The notes below the pieces were generated by a model. The model worked only from the letters and a program-made list of their open reading frames with translations, had not been told where the DNA came from and searched no databases. 64,000 bases of DNA, taken from contig WJKM01000009.1 in the NCBI GenBank assembly GCA_014729085.1, positions 126,590-190,589 on the forward strand. The letters are read 5' to 3'. Source of the stretch: Candidatus Dojkabacteria bacterium (GTDB lineage: Bacteria > Patescibacteriota > Dojkabacteria > B142 > WJKM01). Shown here one piece after another: positions 30,034 through 39,983 of the stretch. The translations under genes and the position numbers were made by a program. Position 1 is the first letter of the stretch, and each line of letters starts with the position of its first letter.

Positions 30034-31320
30034 ATGCAAAATTCTAAACAACCCAAAATTCTCGCCCCGGCCGGTTCATTTGATTCATTGACAGCTGCTA
30101 TTAAAGCAGGTGCAGATGCAGTATATTTTGGAATTGCTGACTTTAATATGAGAGCTTCTGCTGCAAGAAATTTTAAAAAAGAAAATCTTGGGAAAATTGT
30201 TAAGCAGTGCAAAAAAAATAATGTAGAAACAAATCTAACAGTGAATACTGTTCTATACAACCAAGAAATAGAGAAAATGAAGAGAATTATAGATAGTGCT
30301 AAAGATTCTGGAATAGATGCAATAATATGTGCTGACCAAGCAGCAATACAGTATGGTCACTCAAAAGGACTAAGGGTAAACATATCCACTCAGGTGTCTG
30401 TATCAAACACAGAAACTGTTAAATTTTACTCAAATTTTGCGGACAGAATCATACTTGCTCGTGAATTAACATTAAATCAAGTACAAGAAATTTGCAATGA
30501 TATTAAGAAACAAGAGATAAAAGGTCCCTCTGGTAATTTGGTTGAAATTGAGGTATTTGCACATGGCGCTTTATGTGTTGCGGTGTCTGGAAGATGTGCT
30601 ATGAGTTTGTATCATTATAATACTTCTGCAAATAGAGGTAGATGTGCTCAAATTTGTAGAAGACGTTTTAGACTGACGGATATAGAAACAAATAAAGAAG
30701 TAGACGTAGACCATAATTATATAATGAGCTCAGCAGATTTATGTACAATTGGGATGCTTCCCGAGATTGTAGAAACTGGAGTTGATATTTTAAAGTTTGA
30801 AGGTCGAGGAAGACCTCCAGAATATGTCAAGACGGTTGTAACCTGCTATAAAGAAGCATTGGATGCTATTGCAGATAAAACTTTTACAGAAGATAAAGTA
30901 GAGAAGTGGAATCAAAGATTAGGGACAGTTTTTAATAGAGGATTTTGCACTGGTTTTTATATGGGAAGAAAAATTGATGAATGGGCAAAAGCTCATGGAA
31001 GCAAATCAACGGAGGAGAAAACAATTGCAGGGTATGTTGAACACTATTATGATAAGATTAAAGTTGCACATGTAAAAATAGATGCGGATATTGAAATAAA
31101 TAATAAAGACAAGTTTTTAATTACCGGCCCAACCACAGGTGCTGTAAGTGGGAAGTTAACTGGGATGATGATTGATGATAAAGAAGTTAACAAAGCTAAG
31201 CAGGGAGATGATCTAACTTTTAAAGTACCAGAAAAAGTTCGTAAAAACGATAAGTTTTTTATAGTACGAAGAAGAAATTCATTCATACCAAGAGGAAAAG
31301 AAAAATTATTAAATAATTGA
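30034..31320 (+). CDS. peptidase U32 family protein (collagenase-like; RlhA/TrhP-type RNA hydroxylation family)
   Basis: U32 signature EVFAHGALCVAVSGRCAMS; 428 aa. Antisense ORF 29961..30260 is spurious. Confidence 0.8.
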   Translation: MQNSKQPKILAPAGSFDSLTAAIKAGADAVYFGIADFNMRASAARNFKKENLGKIVKQCKKNNVETNLTVNTVLYNQEIEKMKRIIDSAKDSGIDAIICADQAAIQYGHSKGLRVNISTQVSVSNTETVKFYSNFADRIILARELTLNQVQEICNDIKKQEIKGPSGNLVEIEVFAHGALCVAVSGRCAMSLYHYNTSANRGRCAQICRRRFRLTDIETNKEVDVDHNYIMSSADLCTIGMLPEIVETGVDILKFEGRGRPPEYVKTVVTCYKEALDAIADKTFTEDKVEKWNQRLGTVFNRGFCTGFYMGRKIDEWAKAHGSKSTEEKTIAGYVEHYYDKIKVAHVKIDADIEINNKDKFLITGPTTGAVSGKLTGMMIDDKEVNKAKQGDDLTFKVPEKVRKNDKFFIVRRRNSFIPRGKEKLLNN

Positions 31321-31322
31321 TA

Positions 31323-32228
31323 TTATTCCGGATCATATTCATAGACATTAATGAATACATAATCACTCCATGTCCATGCATAAATATCCATTAATTTCCC
31401 AAGAGTGGGAAATTGATAAAGTTCTCCCTCACCTAATTTAGTTTCAAAAACTAATTCTCCCTCCATATTTTCTACAACTCTAGCTGAATGGTAATAAGCC
31501 ATTCCTTCGAAAGATATTATATCTCCTTCTTCTAAATGATCTGCATAGGCTCTTTCATTTAGTTCATCAATTGTAAGATTACCTTCAAGAGTAACTGGAG
31601 TAATTATGATATCTTTACGTGAAAAATAATTGTCAATCAAAGTACTTAGTGAATTATGATGATCTTCACCATCAAAGATAGTACCACTTTCTAACCACAA
31701 TTTTTTATAAAATGGAAACCAATATCCAAATGAATGACTATGACAATTATAATTAGGATTGGGTGGTTCCAGAATGATTGCATCGTCAAATGGTTCTGGA
31801 TTGAGCCCTTCCACTATTTCTTCAATACCATCAATAGAATCATAGAATTCCAAAGTATAAATTGATACAGGAGAATCTGCATCATTTTTATCCCATAACC
31901 GTATTGTTTGACCGTTAGGAAGTTCGTAGATATGTACTTCCGGAGCAAATTCAAAAAATTCGGGGTCATTTTCAATTATTTCTATTAATTCAAGATTTTG
32001 AAAGCCTGTTTCAGAGGGAGTAAGATCTATGTTTCCATCAAAATGCTGAGTAAGATAATCTTGAGTTGTTAAACCAGTTGGGTTCATGAAATTGTTGTTT
32101 TCTAGTGCAGTAGATAGACCATCCTCATCGTAATCAGGTTCAGGTTGTACATCCATACACCCTGAAAGTAAGGGGGTTAATAAGAGAATGATTGGTATAT
32201 AGTTTTTAAGTTCTAGTTCCTGTTCCAT
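31323..32228 (-). CDS. lipoprotein with TSP3-like acidic repeats
   Basis: Signal peptide with lipobox LLSGC; DYDEDGL repeats; paralogous N-terminus (MEQE...) to 23355..24599. Confidence 0.5.
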   Translation of the reverse strand: MEQELELKNYIPIILLLTPLLSGCMDVQPEPDYDEDGLSTALENNNFMNPTGLTTQDYLTQHFDGNIDLTPSETGFQNLELIEIIENDPEFFEFAPEVHIYELPNGQTIRLWDKNDADSPVSIYTLEFYDSIDGIEEIVEGLNPEPFDDAIILEPPNPNYNCHSHSFGYWFPFYKKLWLESGTIFDGEDHHNSLSTLIDNYFSRKDIIITPVTLEGNLTIDELNERAYADHLEEGDIISFEGMAYYHSARVVENMEGELVFETKLGEGELYQFPTLGKLMDIYAWTWSDYVFINVYEYDPE

Positions 32229-32438
32229 AACGATTATTAAAGACCTATAATTATATCATTTTAATTTTGCGGATTGTGTTAAAAAGCCTGTAACTTGAAC
32301 ATAGACTATTTTGTAATGAATTAAGCTTGATAACATAAACTTAGGCCTATATATTGAAATATTCTGTGCTGAAAGACTTATATATTAATTCTGATTGATA
32401 TCTTGTTATAATAATTTGATTTATTAGGACTATTTATA

Positions 32439-33395
32439 ATGTTAGTAGATAAAATTCGCGTGGATTTTAAATCCGGAAAAGGTGGAAACGGTGTTGCCCG
32501 TTTTTTTCGTAATAGAAAACCCTCAGGAGGCAATGGAGGGGACGGTGGTGATGTATACCTCCAAGGTACTAGAAATTTATATGACTTAAGACCTCTGGCT
32601 CATATTAGAAAATTTCATGCCGAAGATGGAGAAGATGGGCAAGGTAATTTAAAAAAAGGTTCTAAAGGAAGAGATGAAATCGTAAAAGTACCTCTTACCA
32701 CCATAGTCTATTCTTTGGATAATAAAAAGATATTAAGTATCGAAAAAGACGGTCAAAAAGAATTGCTTTTAGAAGGAGGCCAGGGTGGTCTAGGTAATTA
32801 CGAATTTAGACGTAAACAAAGAGTTAGTCGAAAAAAAATAACGTTAGGCAAACCAGGGGAAAAACTAAAAGCATTCTTAGAGCTTAGGTTAAAGGCCGAT
32901 GTAGTTTTTATTGGCTTTCCAAATGCCGGGAAATCAAGCATGCTAAACGCATTAACAAATGCAAGCGTTGCTGTTGCTGCTTATCCATTTACAACTGTCG
33001 AACCTCATTTAGGGATAGCCCAGGATTATATTCTTATGGATTTTCCGGGACTTATTGAAGGAACATTTGAAGGTAAAGGTCTTGGGAGAAAACATATTCA
33101 ACATGCCGAAATGACGGAGCTAGTCGCACATTTTGTTAGTCTTGAAAATGAAAAGATTGATCAAACTTACGAAAAAATGAGAGATGAGTTATCGAAATTA
33201 AGTAAAAATTTATTTAATAAACCTGAAATTATAGTTTTAACAAAATCCGATATGTTTGAGGAAAATGAGATAGAAAAGAAAAAACAACAACTCGAAAAAT
33301 TCAAGGTTCCAATTATTGTAACTTCAGCATTTAAACTAGACGAACTTGGACATATAGTAGATGCTTTTCATAAACAACTATCTAAGTCCAACTAG
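32439..33395 (+). CDS. obg: GTPase Obg/CgtA (short form lacking C-terminal extension)
   Basis: Gly-rich Obg fold N-terminus (GKGGNGVARF, GGNGGDGGDVYL), G1 GFPNAGKSS, G3 DFPG, G4 TKSD; 318 aa. Confidence 0.8.
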   Translation: MLVDKIRVDFKSGKGGNGVARFFRNRKPSGGNGGDGGDVYLQGTRNLYDLRPLAHIRKFHAEDGEDGQGNLKKGSKGRDEIVKVPLTTIVYSLDNKKILSIEKDGQKELLLEGGQGGLGNYEFRRKQRVSRKKITLGKPGEKLKAFLELRLKADVVFIGFPNAGKSSMLNALTNASVAVAAYPFTTVEPHLGIAQDYILMDFPGLIEGTFEGKGLGRKHIQHAEMTELVAHFVSLENEKIDQTYEKMRDELSKLSKNLFNKPEIIVLTKSDMFEENEIEKKKQQLEKFKVPIIVTSAFKLDELGHIVDAFHKQLSKSN

Positions 33396-34769
33396 AATAG
33401 GGAGTCTTTTATACGGATAGAAATTGATTTCAGGATGATTTTTTGAATATAGAGTTGTTGATGATCCACCATCTAAATTAATTACATCAAGTGACTTGCC
33501 TTCAAATAGTTCAAGAGATAATAGAAAATCCCCGACTTCATGGATTTTAGCAGGTTTTCGAGTTATTATAAAAAATTTTTCATACCCATCGGTTGTTCCA
33601 AGCATAGTTCTTAAAGCGCTTTTAGTACCGTTTTTTGAAGGATTAACATATTGATATTGTATTTTTCTGTCAATCATTACAATGGGGCCTGTTTGAAATT
33701 CCAGAGTATTTATATCTGTATTATTTGTTTCAAAATCATTTCTATCAATAAATTCCATCCTATTCTCTGATTTGATAAACCTAACAATATGAGTTAATTG
33801 GTTTGAGGCTTCGGGTGGTTTAAAATGAGAATAGTGCGTTCCGTAATAATTTAAAAAACCTGCATGCGAGCAAGATTTCCAACTGCCCCCATAAAATGAT
33901 CCGTTTACAACATATGTAAAATTATTAAATCTAGCATATTCTTCTACTTTTGCGGCCATATAAGGATGATACAAGAAATCGAATTCTTTGTGCGTAGAGA
34001 TAATTGTTAAACCCAAATGTTCATAATAATAAATAATATATCCGCTGTCATAAATTGTATAAGTTGGTGGGATCTGAGTTCCCGATTTTGGATATTTTGT
34101 TTTCTGAATTAATTTATGTGAATTAGTAAGAATTTTTGTAGCTTCATAGTTAGTCAAATTACTAGCAGGTCTAAATTTTTTTGCTTTTGTTAAAGTAAGA
34201 ATTTGTTCTTCTGTGGGTAAACCTTTTGTAGATAGATAAGCAGACTGTACATAAGAGTAAAATGGGTTCGTATAAGGAAGATCAATATAATCGAGCTCTC
34301 CTCTTTGATAGAATAGATCATAGTTATCAATTCTTCCGGCTTTAACGACATATTTGATTGCTTCTGCACGTGAAATATAGTCATTAGGTCTAAAGCTATT
34401 TTTATTTCTGTATCCTAAGATATTTAATTCTTTAGCTGTATAGATTGGATCAAAATAAGGATTTCTTTTTTTAACATCTGAAAACGATGGGAGGTTTTCG
34501 TAACCTGAAATATCAGCTTTCAGACTGAAAACTTCAACAATTTGTCTAATCAATTCACCTCTTGTGATAAATTTGTTCGGTTCAAATGAAGATTTAGAAT
34601 CGTCTATTACATTTAAATAATCTAGATAGTTCACATGTAGACAAATAGAGTTTTGGTGAGGTATGTCATCAAACCTTGTATTGCAATTGGTTTCCGCATA
34701 AGATGCATTATGAAATAAACTCAATAGAATAAGAGGAATAGTAATAGTTAATAAAAATTTTCTTTTCAT
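33378..34769 (-). CDS. SLH-domain protein with NAGPA-like phosphodiester-glycosidase domain (paralog of 9324..10751)
   Basis: Signal peptide, SLH repeats, C-terminal VINLDGGSST. Confidence 0.6.
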   Translation of the reverse strand: MKRKFLLTITIPLILLSLFHNASYAETNCNTRFDDIPHQNSICLHVNYLDYLNVIDDSKSSFEPNKFITRGELIRQIVEVFSLKADISGYENLPSFSDVKKRNPYFDPIYTAKELNILGYRNKNSFRPNDYISRAEAIKYVVKAGRIDNYDLFYQRGELDYIDLPYTNPFYSYVQSAYLSTKGLPTEEQILTLTKAKKFRPASNLTNYEATKILTNSHKLIQKTKYPKSGTQIPPTYTIYDSGYIIYYYEHLGLTIISTHKEFDFLYHPYMAAKVEEYARFNNFTYVVNGSFYGGSWKSCSHAGFLNYYGTHYSHFKPPEASNQLTHIVRFIKSENRMEFIDRNDFETNNTDINTLEFQTGPIVMIDRKIQYQYVNPSKNGTKSALRTMLGTTDGYEKFFIITRKPAKIHEVGDFLLSLELFEGKSLDVINLDGGSSTTLYSKNHPEINFYPYKRLPILVGLR

Positions 34770-34917
34770 TATTTTTATAGCTGCTAATCCTATAAATAAA
34801 TTAATTGTTTGGAATTATACAATATTATAAAAAATTTTTTGAAATTATTTTAAGATTTTATACTTTTTAAAAGTAATGTTATACTTAATAAACTTCAAGA
34901 AAATCATTTAGATATAT

Positions 34918-35586
34918 ATGAAACAAACAAATTTTTATAATCAATATTCCTGGACAAGACAACATCTAAATGACGTTATACTTCACGGCAAACATAAGAT
35001 TATCTCAAATAAACTATTAAGCCAAGCCTTTAAAAACATCGACAGAGCTGATTTTGTTCCAGAAGACCAACGAAAATTTGCTTACAATGATACAGAAATT
35101 GATATAGGCTTTGGTCAAAAATTAGATAAACCTACATTAATTGCCGAACAGTTAGATTTACTTAGTCCTCAAAAAAATGGAAGATATCTAGATCTAGGTG
35201 CTGGATCCGGCTATACTGCTGCTATTTTAGGTGAAATTGTTAAAAATAAAGGTAAAGTTTTTGCCCTCGAACGTATACTTTATTTAGTAGAACAGATGCG
35301 TTCCAACTTAAGTAAATATAAAGATTTAACAAATACAGTTGAGATACTATTTAAAGATGGATCAAAGGGTTATCCCGATATGGCCCCTTATGATGGAATT
35401 ATCAGTTCGGTTGCATTTAAACAGATACCTCCTGAGTTGATTAAACAACTGAAAATAGGCGGAAAATTAGTAATTCCAACCCACGAGTTGGAGCTTAAAG
35501 CTGTGACCAGAGTCGATAAAGATAATACAAAAGAAGAAATACACCATGGTTATGTTTTTGATAAAGCAAAAAGTGGAGTAGAGTAG
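34918..35586 (+). CDS. pcm: protein-L-isoaspartate O-methyltransferase
   Basis: SAM motif YLDLGAGSGYTAAILG, post-I FALERI, PIMT-like C-terminus; 222 aa. Confidence 0.7.
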   Translation: MKQTNFYNQYSWTRQHLNDVILHGKHKIISNKLLSQAFKNIDRADFVPEDQRKFAYNDTEIDIGFGQKLDKPTLIAEQLDLLSPQKNGRYLDLGAGSGYTAAILGEIVKNKGKVFALERILYLVEQMRSNLSKYKDLTNTVEILFKDGSKGYPDMAPYDGIISSVAFKQIPPELIKQLKIGGKLVIPTHELELKAVTRVDKDNTKEEIHHGYVFDKAKSGVE

Positions 35587-35648
35587 AGTACTTAATAACA
35601 AAGAATGAATAATTCGAATAAATATTTTAATTTATAAAACAGAAATCT

Positions 35649-35954
35649 ATGTCTAATAAAGAGAGACAAAAACTAGAATCGCAGGAATTTAAAGACCTAT
35701 ATTCAGCTTTTCTTAAGCTTAGAAATGAAAGCGAAGTCATGAAATTCATGAGAGATCTAATGACTATGAAAGAAATGGAATCATTGGCTTCTAGATGGAA
35801 AGCTGCTCGTATGTTAGACAAAAAAATTCCTTACATTGAAATCGAAAGACTTACCGGTTTAAGTTCCGCAACTATTGCTCGTGTAAGTGAATATTTAAAA
35901 TATGGCTATGATGGTTATAGATTAGTACTAGACAGAATAAAAAAAAGAAAATAA
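35649..35954 (+). CDS. TrpR-like YerC/YecD family DNA-binding protein
   Basis: ASRWKAARML...ERLTGLSSATIARVSEYLKYG matches the YerC/YecD (Trp-repressor-like) family. Confidence 0.7.
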   Translation: MSNKERQKLESQEFKDLYSAFLKLRNESEVMKFMRDLMTMKEMESLASRWKAARMLDKKIPYIEIERLTGLSSATIARVSEYLKYGYDGYRLVLDRIKKRK

Positions 35955-36042
35955 GAAGAATTTTCAATATATTTTTTGAAACATATATAATATAATTTTC
36001 AATATAAAGTATTTGGTATATATTATTTTTTAAAGAGTCACT

Positions 36043-36636
36043 ATGCCTATTCCCAAACTCTTTCAACAAAATACCTTTGTTGTAAACCAAAAAGCCGGAC
36101 TATTTAAAATGGCAAATCAATATCAACTTCAGGACGAACAACAGAATGATATTGGGTTTGTACAGGAAGTAGTTCCCGGTTGGGCTAAGTTCGCACGTTT
36201 TTTTCTTAATAAACAATTACTCCCTTTTGAGTTGAGCATTATGGACGAAAATCAAAATCTACTTGCTAAAATCAAAAGAGGATTTACACTTGCAATGCCT
36301 AAAGTGCAAGTATTTGATGCAAATGAAAAATTAATTGGTACTTTTAGAGGAAAATTTAAATTACTTGGAGTTAAATTTGAAATACAAGATGAGGAAGGAA
36401 ATATAGTCGGAGAAATAAATGGTAATTGGAAAGGATGGGATTTCACCATTACAGACCAAAATGGAAATCAAATAGGAACTGTAAATAAAAAATGGGCTGG
36501 TGCTATGAAAGAAATTTTTACAACAGCAGATCGATACAAAGTTGAAATCAACCCAAGTGTCGCAGAAGATGAAAATAAAATTTTAATGGTTGCTGTAGCT
36601 ATCTCTATAGATATGATTTTGAAGAACGGTAAATAG
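36043..36636 (+). CDS. scramblase/LURP-one-related (tubby C-terminal-like) family protein
   Basis: Repeated G.F...F.I.DE.GN.IG...G beta-barrel pattern typical of LOR/DUF567. Confidence 0.5.
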   Translation: MPIPKLFQQNTFVVNQKAGLFKMANQYQLQDEQQNDIGFVQEVVPGWAKFARFFLNKQLLPFELSIMDENQNLLAKIKRGFTLAMPKVQVFDANEKLIGTFRGKFKLLGVKFEIQDEEGNIVGEINGNWKGWDFTITDQNGNQIGTVNKKWAGAMKEIFTTADRYKVEINPSVAEDENKILMVAVAISIDMILKNGK

Positions 36637-36686
36637 ATAAACATTGTCATGCAAAATAAATTAAGCTAATATTTAAAGAGTTACAA

Positions 36687-37220
36687 GTGATACTTTCAGA
36701 TCAAGATATATTTCAAAAGATTATTAAGGAAGATATCAAAATTGAACCTTTTGATAAAAATAACATTCATCCCGCCAGTTACATCTTTACTTTGGGTAAT
36801 AACTTACTGAAACCTTTACAAACAAAAGTCATAGATATTAAAAATAATCAAATTCCTGAGTATAAGAAAATTAGTTTGGATGAAATAGGATATGGTTTAG
36901 AACCAGGTGAGCTTGTTTTAGGACAAACATTGGAAAAATTAACTTTACCCCGAGATGTAGCTATGATAATTGAGGGTAGATCTACACTTGCTAGAATGGG
37001 TATCGAAATTATCCAAGAATCAAGTTTTATTGAGCCGGATCATTCTAATTCAATTATTACATTAGAAATTATTAATAATAGCCAGAGCCCAATTATTTTA
37101 TATCCCGGAATGGAATGCGCAAAAGGGATCTTCATAAAATTGACCAGCGAATATAGTGGTGATTTCTCTTCATCTACTTATACAACCCAAACGGAAGTTG
37201 AAGGGCCAAAGTTTGAATAG
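36687..37220 (+). CDS. dcd: dCTP deaminase (dUTPase superfamily)
   Basis: MILSDQDI N-terminus, ASY, IEGRSTLARMGI motifs of the Dcd family. Confidence 0.7.
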   Translation: MILSDQDIFQKIIKEDIKIEPFDKNNIHPASYIFTLGNNLLKPLQTKVIDIKNNQIPEYKKISLDEIGYGLEPGELVLGQTLEKLTLPRDVAMIIEGRSTLARMGIEIIQESSFIEPDHSNSIITLEIINNSQSPIILYPGMECAKGIFIKLTSEYSGDFSSSTYTTQTEVEGPKFE

Positions 37221-37289
37221 TAATTTTTTCTCGAAACCCTGTTTCCAAGTAATATTACTCTAATAATCACGGCTAACTATAGTTGTTTT

Positions 37290-37937
37290 CTAGTGAGCAA
37301 TGTAATCAGCCAATATATCCTTTAATCTTTTCTCTAGTTTTTCATAGGGAAGCTTGTTTTCGTTGTATGAAAACTCGCTTTCAAATTCCCAATATTCAGG
37401 ACATTCTTCTTGAGTAATCTCAACAGTATCTTCAAAAATAAGATTAGCTGTTCTAGCTTCATATAACTTAATTTCGTATTCAGCATCATAAAGATTCACA
37501 AACCCAGGCAAGGAATCATCATCTATTTCGTATTCGCACACATCACTGTTTGATTCGGTCTTATCAAGTAGTTTAACGCATAAAACAAGTTGCGTATTTT
37601 CTTCTTCTTTATACTTAGTTTGCCATTCATAAGGTAATTCCCATTTATGATTAAGAGGATCTGGTTCTGTATATTCGTTAGACAACTGATCCCATACGTA
37701 AGTAGCTGTTAAAGATATGTTTCCTTCTGATCTCTCATATTTAGCTACTTCTTCAATTCCTTCCTGCGAAATACAGAATTGTTCTAGATCTGAACGGATT
37801 TGATCTTGGTCATAAGTAGATGGAGAGGGATCTGCAGAATTATTTTTGGTTGGTTGTTGTACACATCCCGTTAGGAGTAACGAAGCGAAAAATATGATTA
37901 CTATATTTGAAATTAACTTCAACTCAATTTTTTTCAT
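37290..37937 (-). CDS. lipoprotein, unknown function
   Basis: Signal peptide with lipobox LLTGC; acidic. Confidence 0.45.
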   Translation of the reverse strand: MKKIELKLISNIVIIFFASLLLTGCVQQPTKNNSADPSPSTYDQDQIRSDLEQFCISQEGIEEVAKYERSEGNISLTATYVWDQLSNEYTEPDPLNHKWELPYEWQTKYKEEENTQLVLCVKLLDKTESNSDVCEYEIDDDSLPGFVNLYDAEYEIKLYEARTANLIFEDTVEITQEECPEYWEFESEFSYNENKLPYEKLEKRLKDILADYIAH

Positions 37938-38193
37938 TTTTGATTAAAGATTTAAAATATAATTTAAAATATTACATAATAATCCGAATGATTAAATTAT
38001 TGAAGTATATCAAGTATTTTTTTAAATTCCAATATCTTAAAAAAATATAAAGATTGTATGTTAGCTGTGATTTAGATATAATGCTAAAGCTTGATTGATA
38101 GCAAAGTATCAAAATATATAGTAGACACCTTGAGGCAAGAAAGTATATAATTTAGATATTGAAGTTTGAAAACTTAAAATAAAACTATGGTAT

Positions 38194-38268
38194 GGCCCCA
38201 TAGTATAACGGCTAGTACACCGGGTTTTCATCCCGGCGATAGGGGTTCGATTCCCCTTGGGGTCACCA
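38194..38268 (+). tRNA. tRNA-Glu (anticodon UUC), CCA encoded; target of an integrative element
   Basis: GGCCCCA acceptor, anticodon stem-loop CCGGG-UUUUCAU-CCCGG, T-arm AGGGG-UUCGAUU-CCCCU, UGGGGUC-A-CCA 3' end. Confidence 0.85.
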
Positions 38269-39739
38269 TCATAGAATTTTTCACTTCAAATGCTTCATTT
38301 AACTCAACTGACAATGGTTTTGTTGGTGTTGTAAAATTTTCATTTTTGTATATCAATCCTTGAGGAAATATGAATTTTTCGAACTTATTTTGCTGAAATT
38401 CATCCATCTTTGTCCATGCTTTACTCATATTTTTTAAAAGAACAACGCTAAATTTTATTAATTTCTCCTCGTCTTTCTCTGGGTCTGAGTACCTAGTTAG
38501 CTCAATATCAATTTTAGAAATCTTTTCTTCTAAATCTCCAATATACCTTTTTGATAACTTGTCGTTATAAATACCATTTAAATTTTTCTCAACAACTTTA
38601 TCTTGTTTTGCTCTTAATGTTCTTTTTTCTTTCTTAAGTAGATTTACTTTACTTTGTATTTCCTTGGTCCGATTTTTCCAATTTAAGATAATTGCTTCTT
38701 TTACCAATTTACCAACATCTTTCTTTAGTTTTATCTCTTTTAGATACTCTATAAAATTCTCTTCTACATCATACTTCCCTAAATTTATTCCACTACACTT
38801 AGTGCATCTATAATAACCATATTTTTTATATTTCCCCTGAGACCAGTTAGAAGTTAAGTAATTTCCACATTTTGCACATCTCAATACTCCTCTCAATGGA
38901 AAATCAGGATTAATCTTTTTATAAATTGGCAACTTTTTTGCTTTCCCATCCAAAATTAACTGCACGATATTGAAAAGTTTCGGAGTAACTATTGGTTCAA
39001 AACTACCTTTTAAATTCAATCCCATACTTGGCACATCAATATATCCCTTATAAACAGGATTTCTAAGCATTTTATAAAAGTGTGATTTACTTAACTTTTT
39101 ACCATTTTTCTTTTTCATTCCTATCTTATTAGCGTACTGCCTAACCTCTTCTTGACTTTTGTATCCTTTAGATATCTCTTGAAATACCTTTCTAATCTTA
39201 GGTTTTAGTTCTTTTACTGGAACAATGTTTGAGTTTCCACGTCCTCCTATATTCTTATATCCATATGGAGCCTTAAAAATATACCTACCTTGCTTAAGAG
39301 CCTCTACCATTCCAGCTTTAGTTCTATCCGCCCTGATTTCATTATCAAGCTGAGCGATATTTGCCATGGTATTTTCCATAAATCTTCCTATTGGATTGTC
39401 TTCAAAAGGCTCTGTTATAGAAATAACTTCGATTCCACAACTTCTAAAGAAGATTCTCAACTGTCCATAATCTGTGGAATTTCTTGAAAGTCTATCAACC
39501 TTGTATATCAATAAGGCATCATATTTCTTATCATTCAGTTTACAAAACCTCATCATTTTCTGAAGTTCCGTTCTGTCTACAGTTTTTGCACTTTCACCTC
39601 TTTCCACAAAAACCTTCTCAACTTCTATATCATTTTTTGAAGCATAATCTTTACAAAGCCTTTCCTGTGATTGAAGACTCATACCCTCTTCAGCCTGTTC
39701 GGTTGTGGACACCCTACAGTAGATTATTCCCTTTTTCAC
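38228..39739 (-). CDS. large serine recombinase (integrase)
   Basis: N-terminal resolvase catalytic domain GIIYCRVSTTEQ...LLIYKVDRLSRN, recombinase domain, Zn ribbon RCAKCGN...YYRCTKC, coiled coil; 503 aa. GTG start. The last 13 codons (MMVTPRGIEPLSPG) are the reverse complement of the tRNA-Glu 3' end. Confidence 0.85.
   Translation of the reverse strand: MKKGIIYCRVSTTEQAEEGMSLQSQERLCKDYASKNDIEVEKVFVERGESAKTVDRTELQKMMRFCKLNDKKYDALLIYKVDRLSRNSTDYGQLRIFFRSCGIEVISITEPFEDNPIGRFMENTMANIAQLDNEIRADRTKAGMVEALKQGRYIFKAPYGYKNIGGRGNSNIVPVKELKPKIRKVFQEISKGYKSQEEVRQYANKIGMKKKNGKKLSKSHFYKMLRNPVYKGYIDVPSMGLNLKGSFEPIVTPKLFNIVQLILDGKAKKLPIYKKINPDFPLRGVLRCAKCGNYLTSNWSQGKYKKYGYYRCTKCSGINLGKYDVEENFIEYLKEIKLKKDVGKLVKEAIILNWKNRTKEIQSKVNLLKKEKRTLRAKQDKVVEKNLNGIYNDKLSKRYIGDLEEKISKIDIELTRYSDPEKDEEKLIKFSVVLLKNMSKAWTKMDEFQQNKFEKFIFPQGLIYKNENFTTPTKPLSVELNEAFEVKNSMMVTPRGIEPLSPG
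38255..38268 (+). repeat. attL core (direct repeat copy 1, inside tRNA-Glu 3' end)
   Basis: Exact 14-mer CCTTGGGGTCACCA. Confidence 0.7.
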
Positions 39740-39888
39740 TTTTTATTCTCTTGTAAATATAAGTCAATTATCAGATTCGAAAAGCCATTAATTTGTTCTA
39801 TCAAAGAATCGATTTGATCTTGATCTTTGAAACCTAAGTTTTTCAACCTTTGACATAATACCTTATAGCTTTCATCAATTTTTTGCAT
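39736..39888 (-). CDS. small ORF (50 aa) translationally coupled to the recombinase; candidate RDF/regulator
   Basis: Hand-found: MQKIDESYKVLCQRLKNLGFKDQDQIDSLIEQINGFSNLIIDLYLQENKK. Its TGA overlaps the recombinase GTG start (GTGA). Below the ORF-track size cutoff. Confidence 0.3.
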   Translation of the reverse strand: MQKIDESYKVLCQRLKNLGFKDQDQIDSLIEQINGFSNLIIDLYLQENKK

Positions 39889-39983
39889 AGGCTAAAACAA
39901 TATACTGTCTTAGCCTGAGTGCCTCTCAGCGTCTAATTAATATTTAAAATTAGTTTAATATCCTGCTTTTTTTAGCTTAGATA

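Noticed and set aside
29321-30260. ORFs 29321..29578 (+) and 29961..30260 (-)
   Set aside because: They are antisense to or overlapping the well-supported glucokinase and peptidase U32 genes, and their low-complexity translations mark them as spurious.
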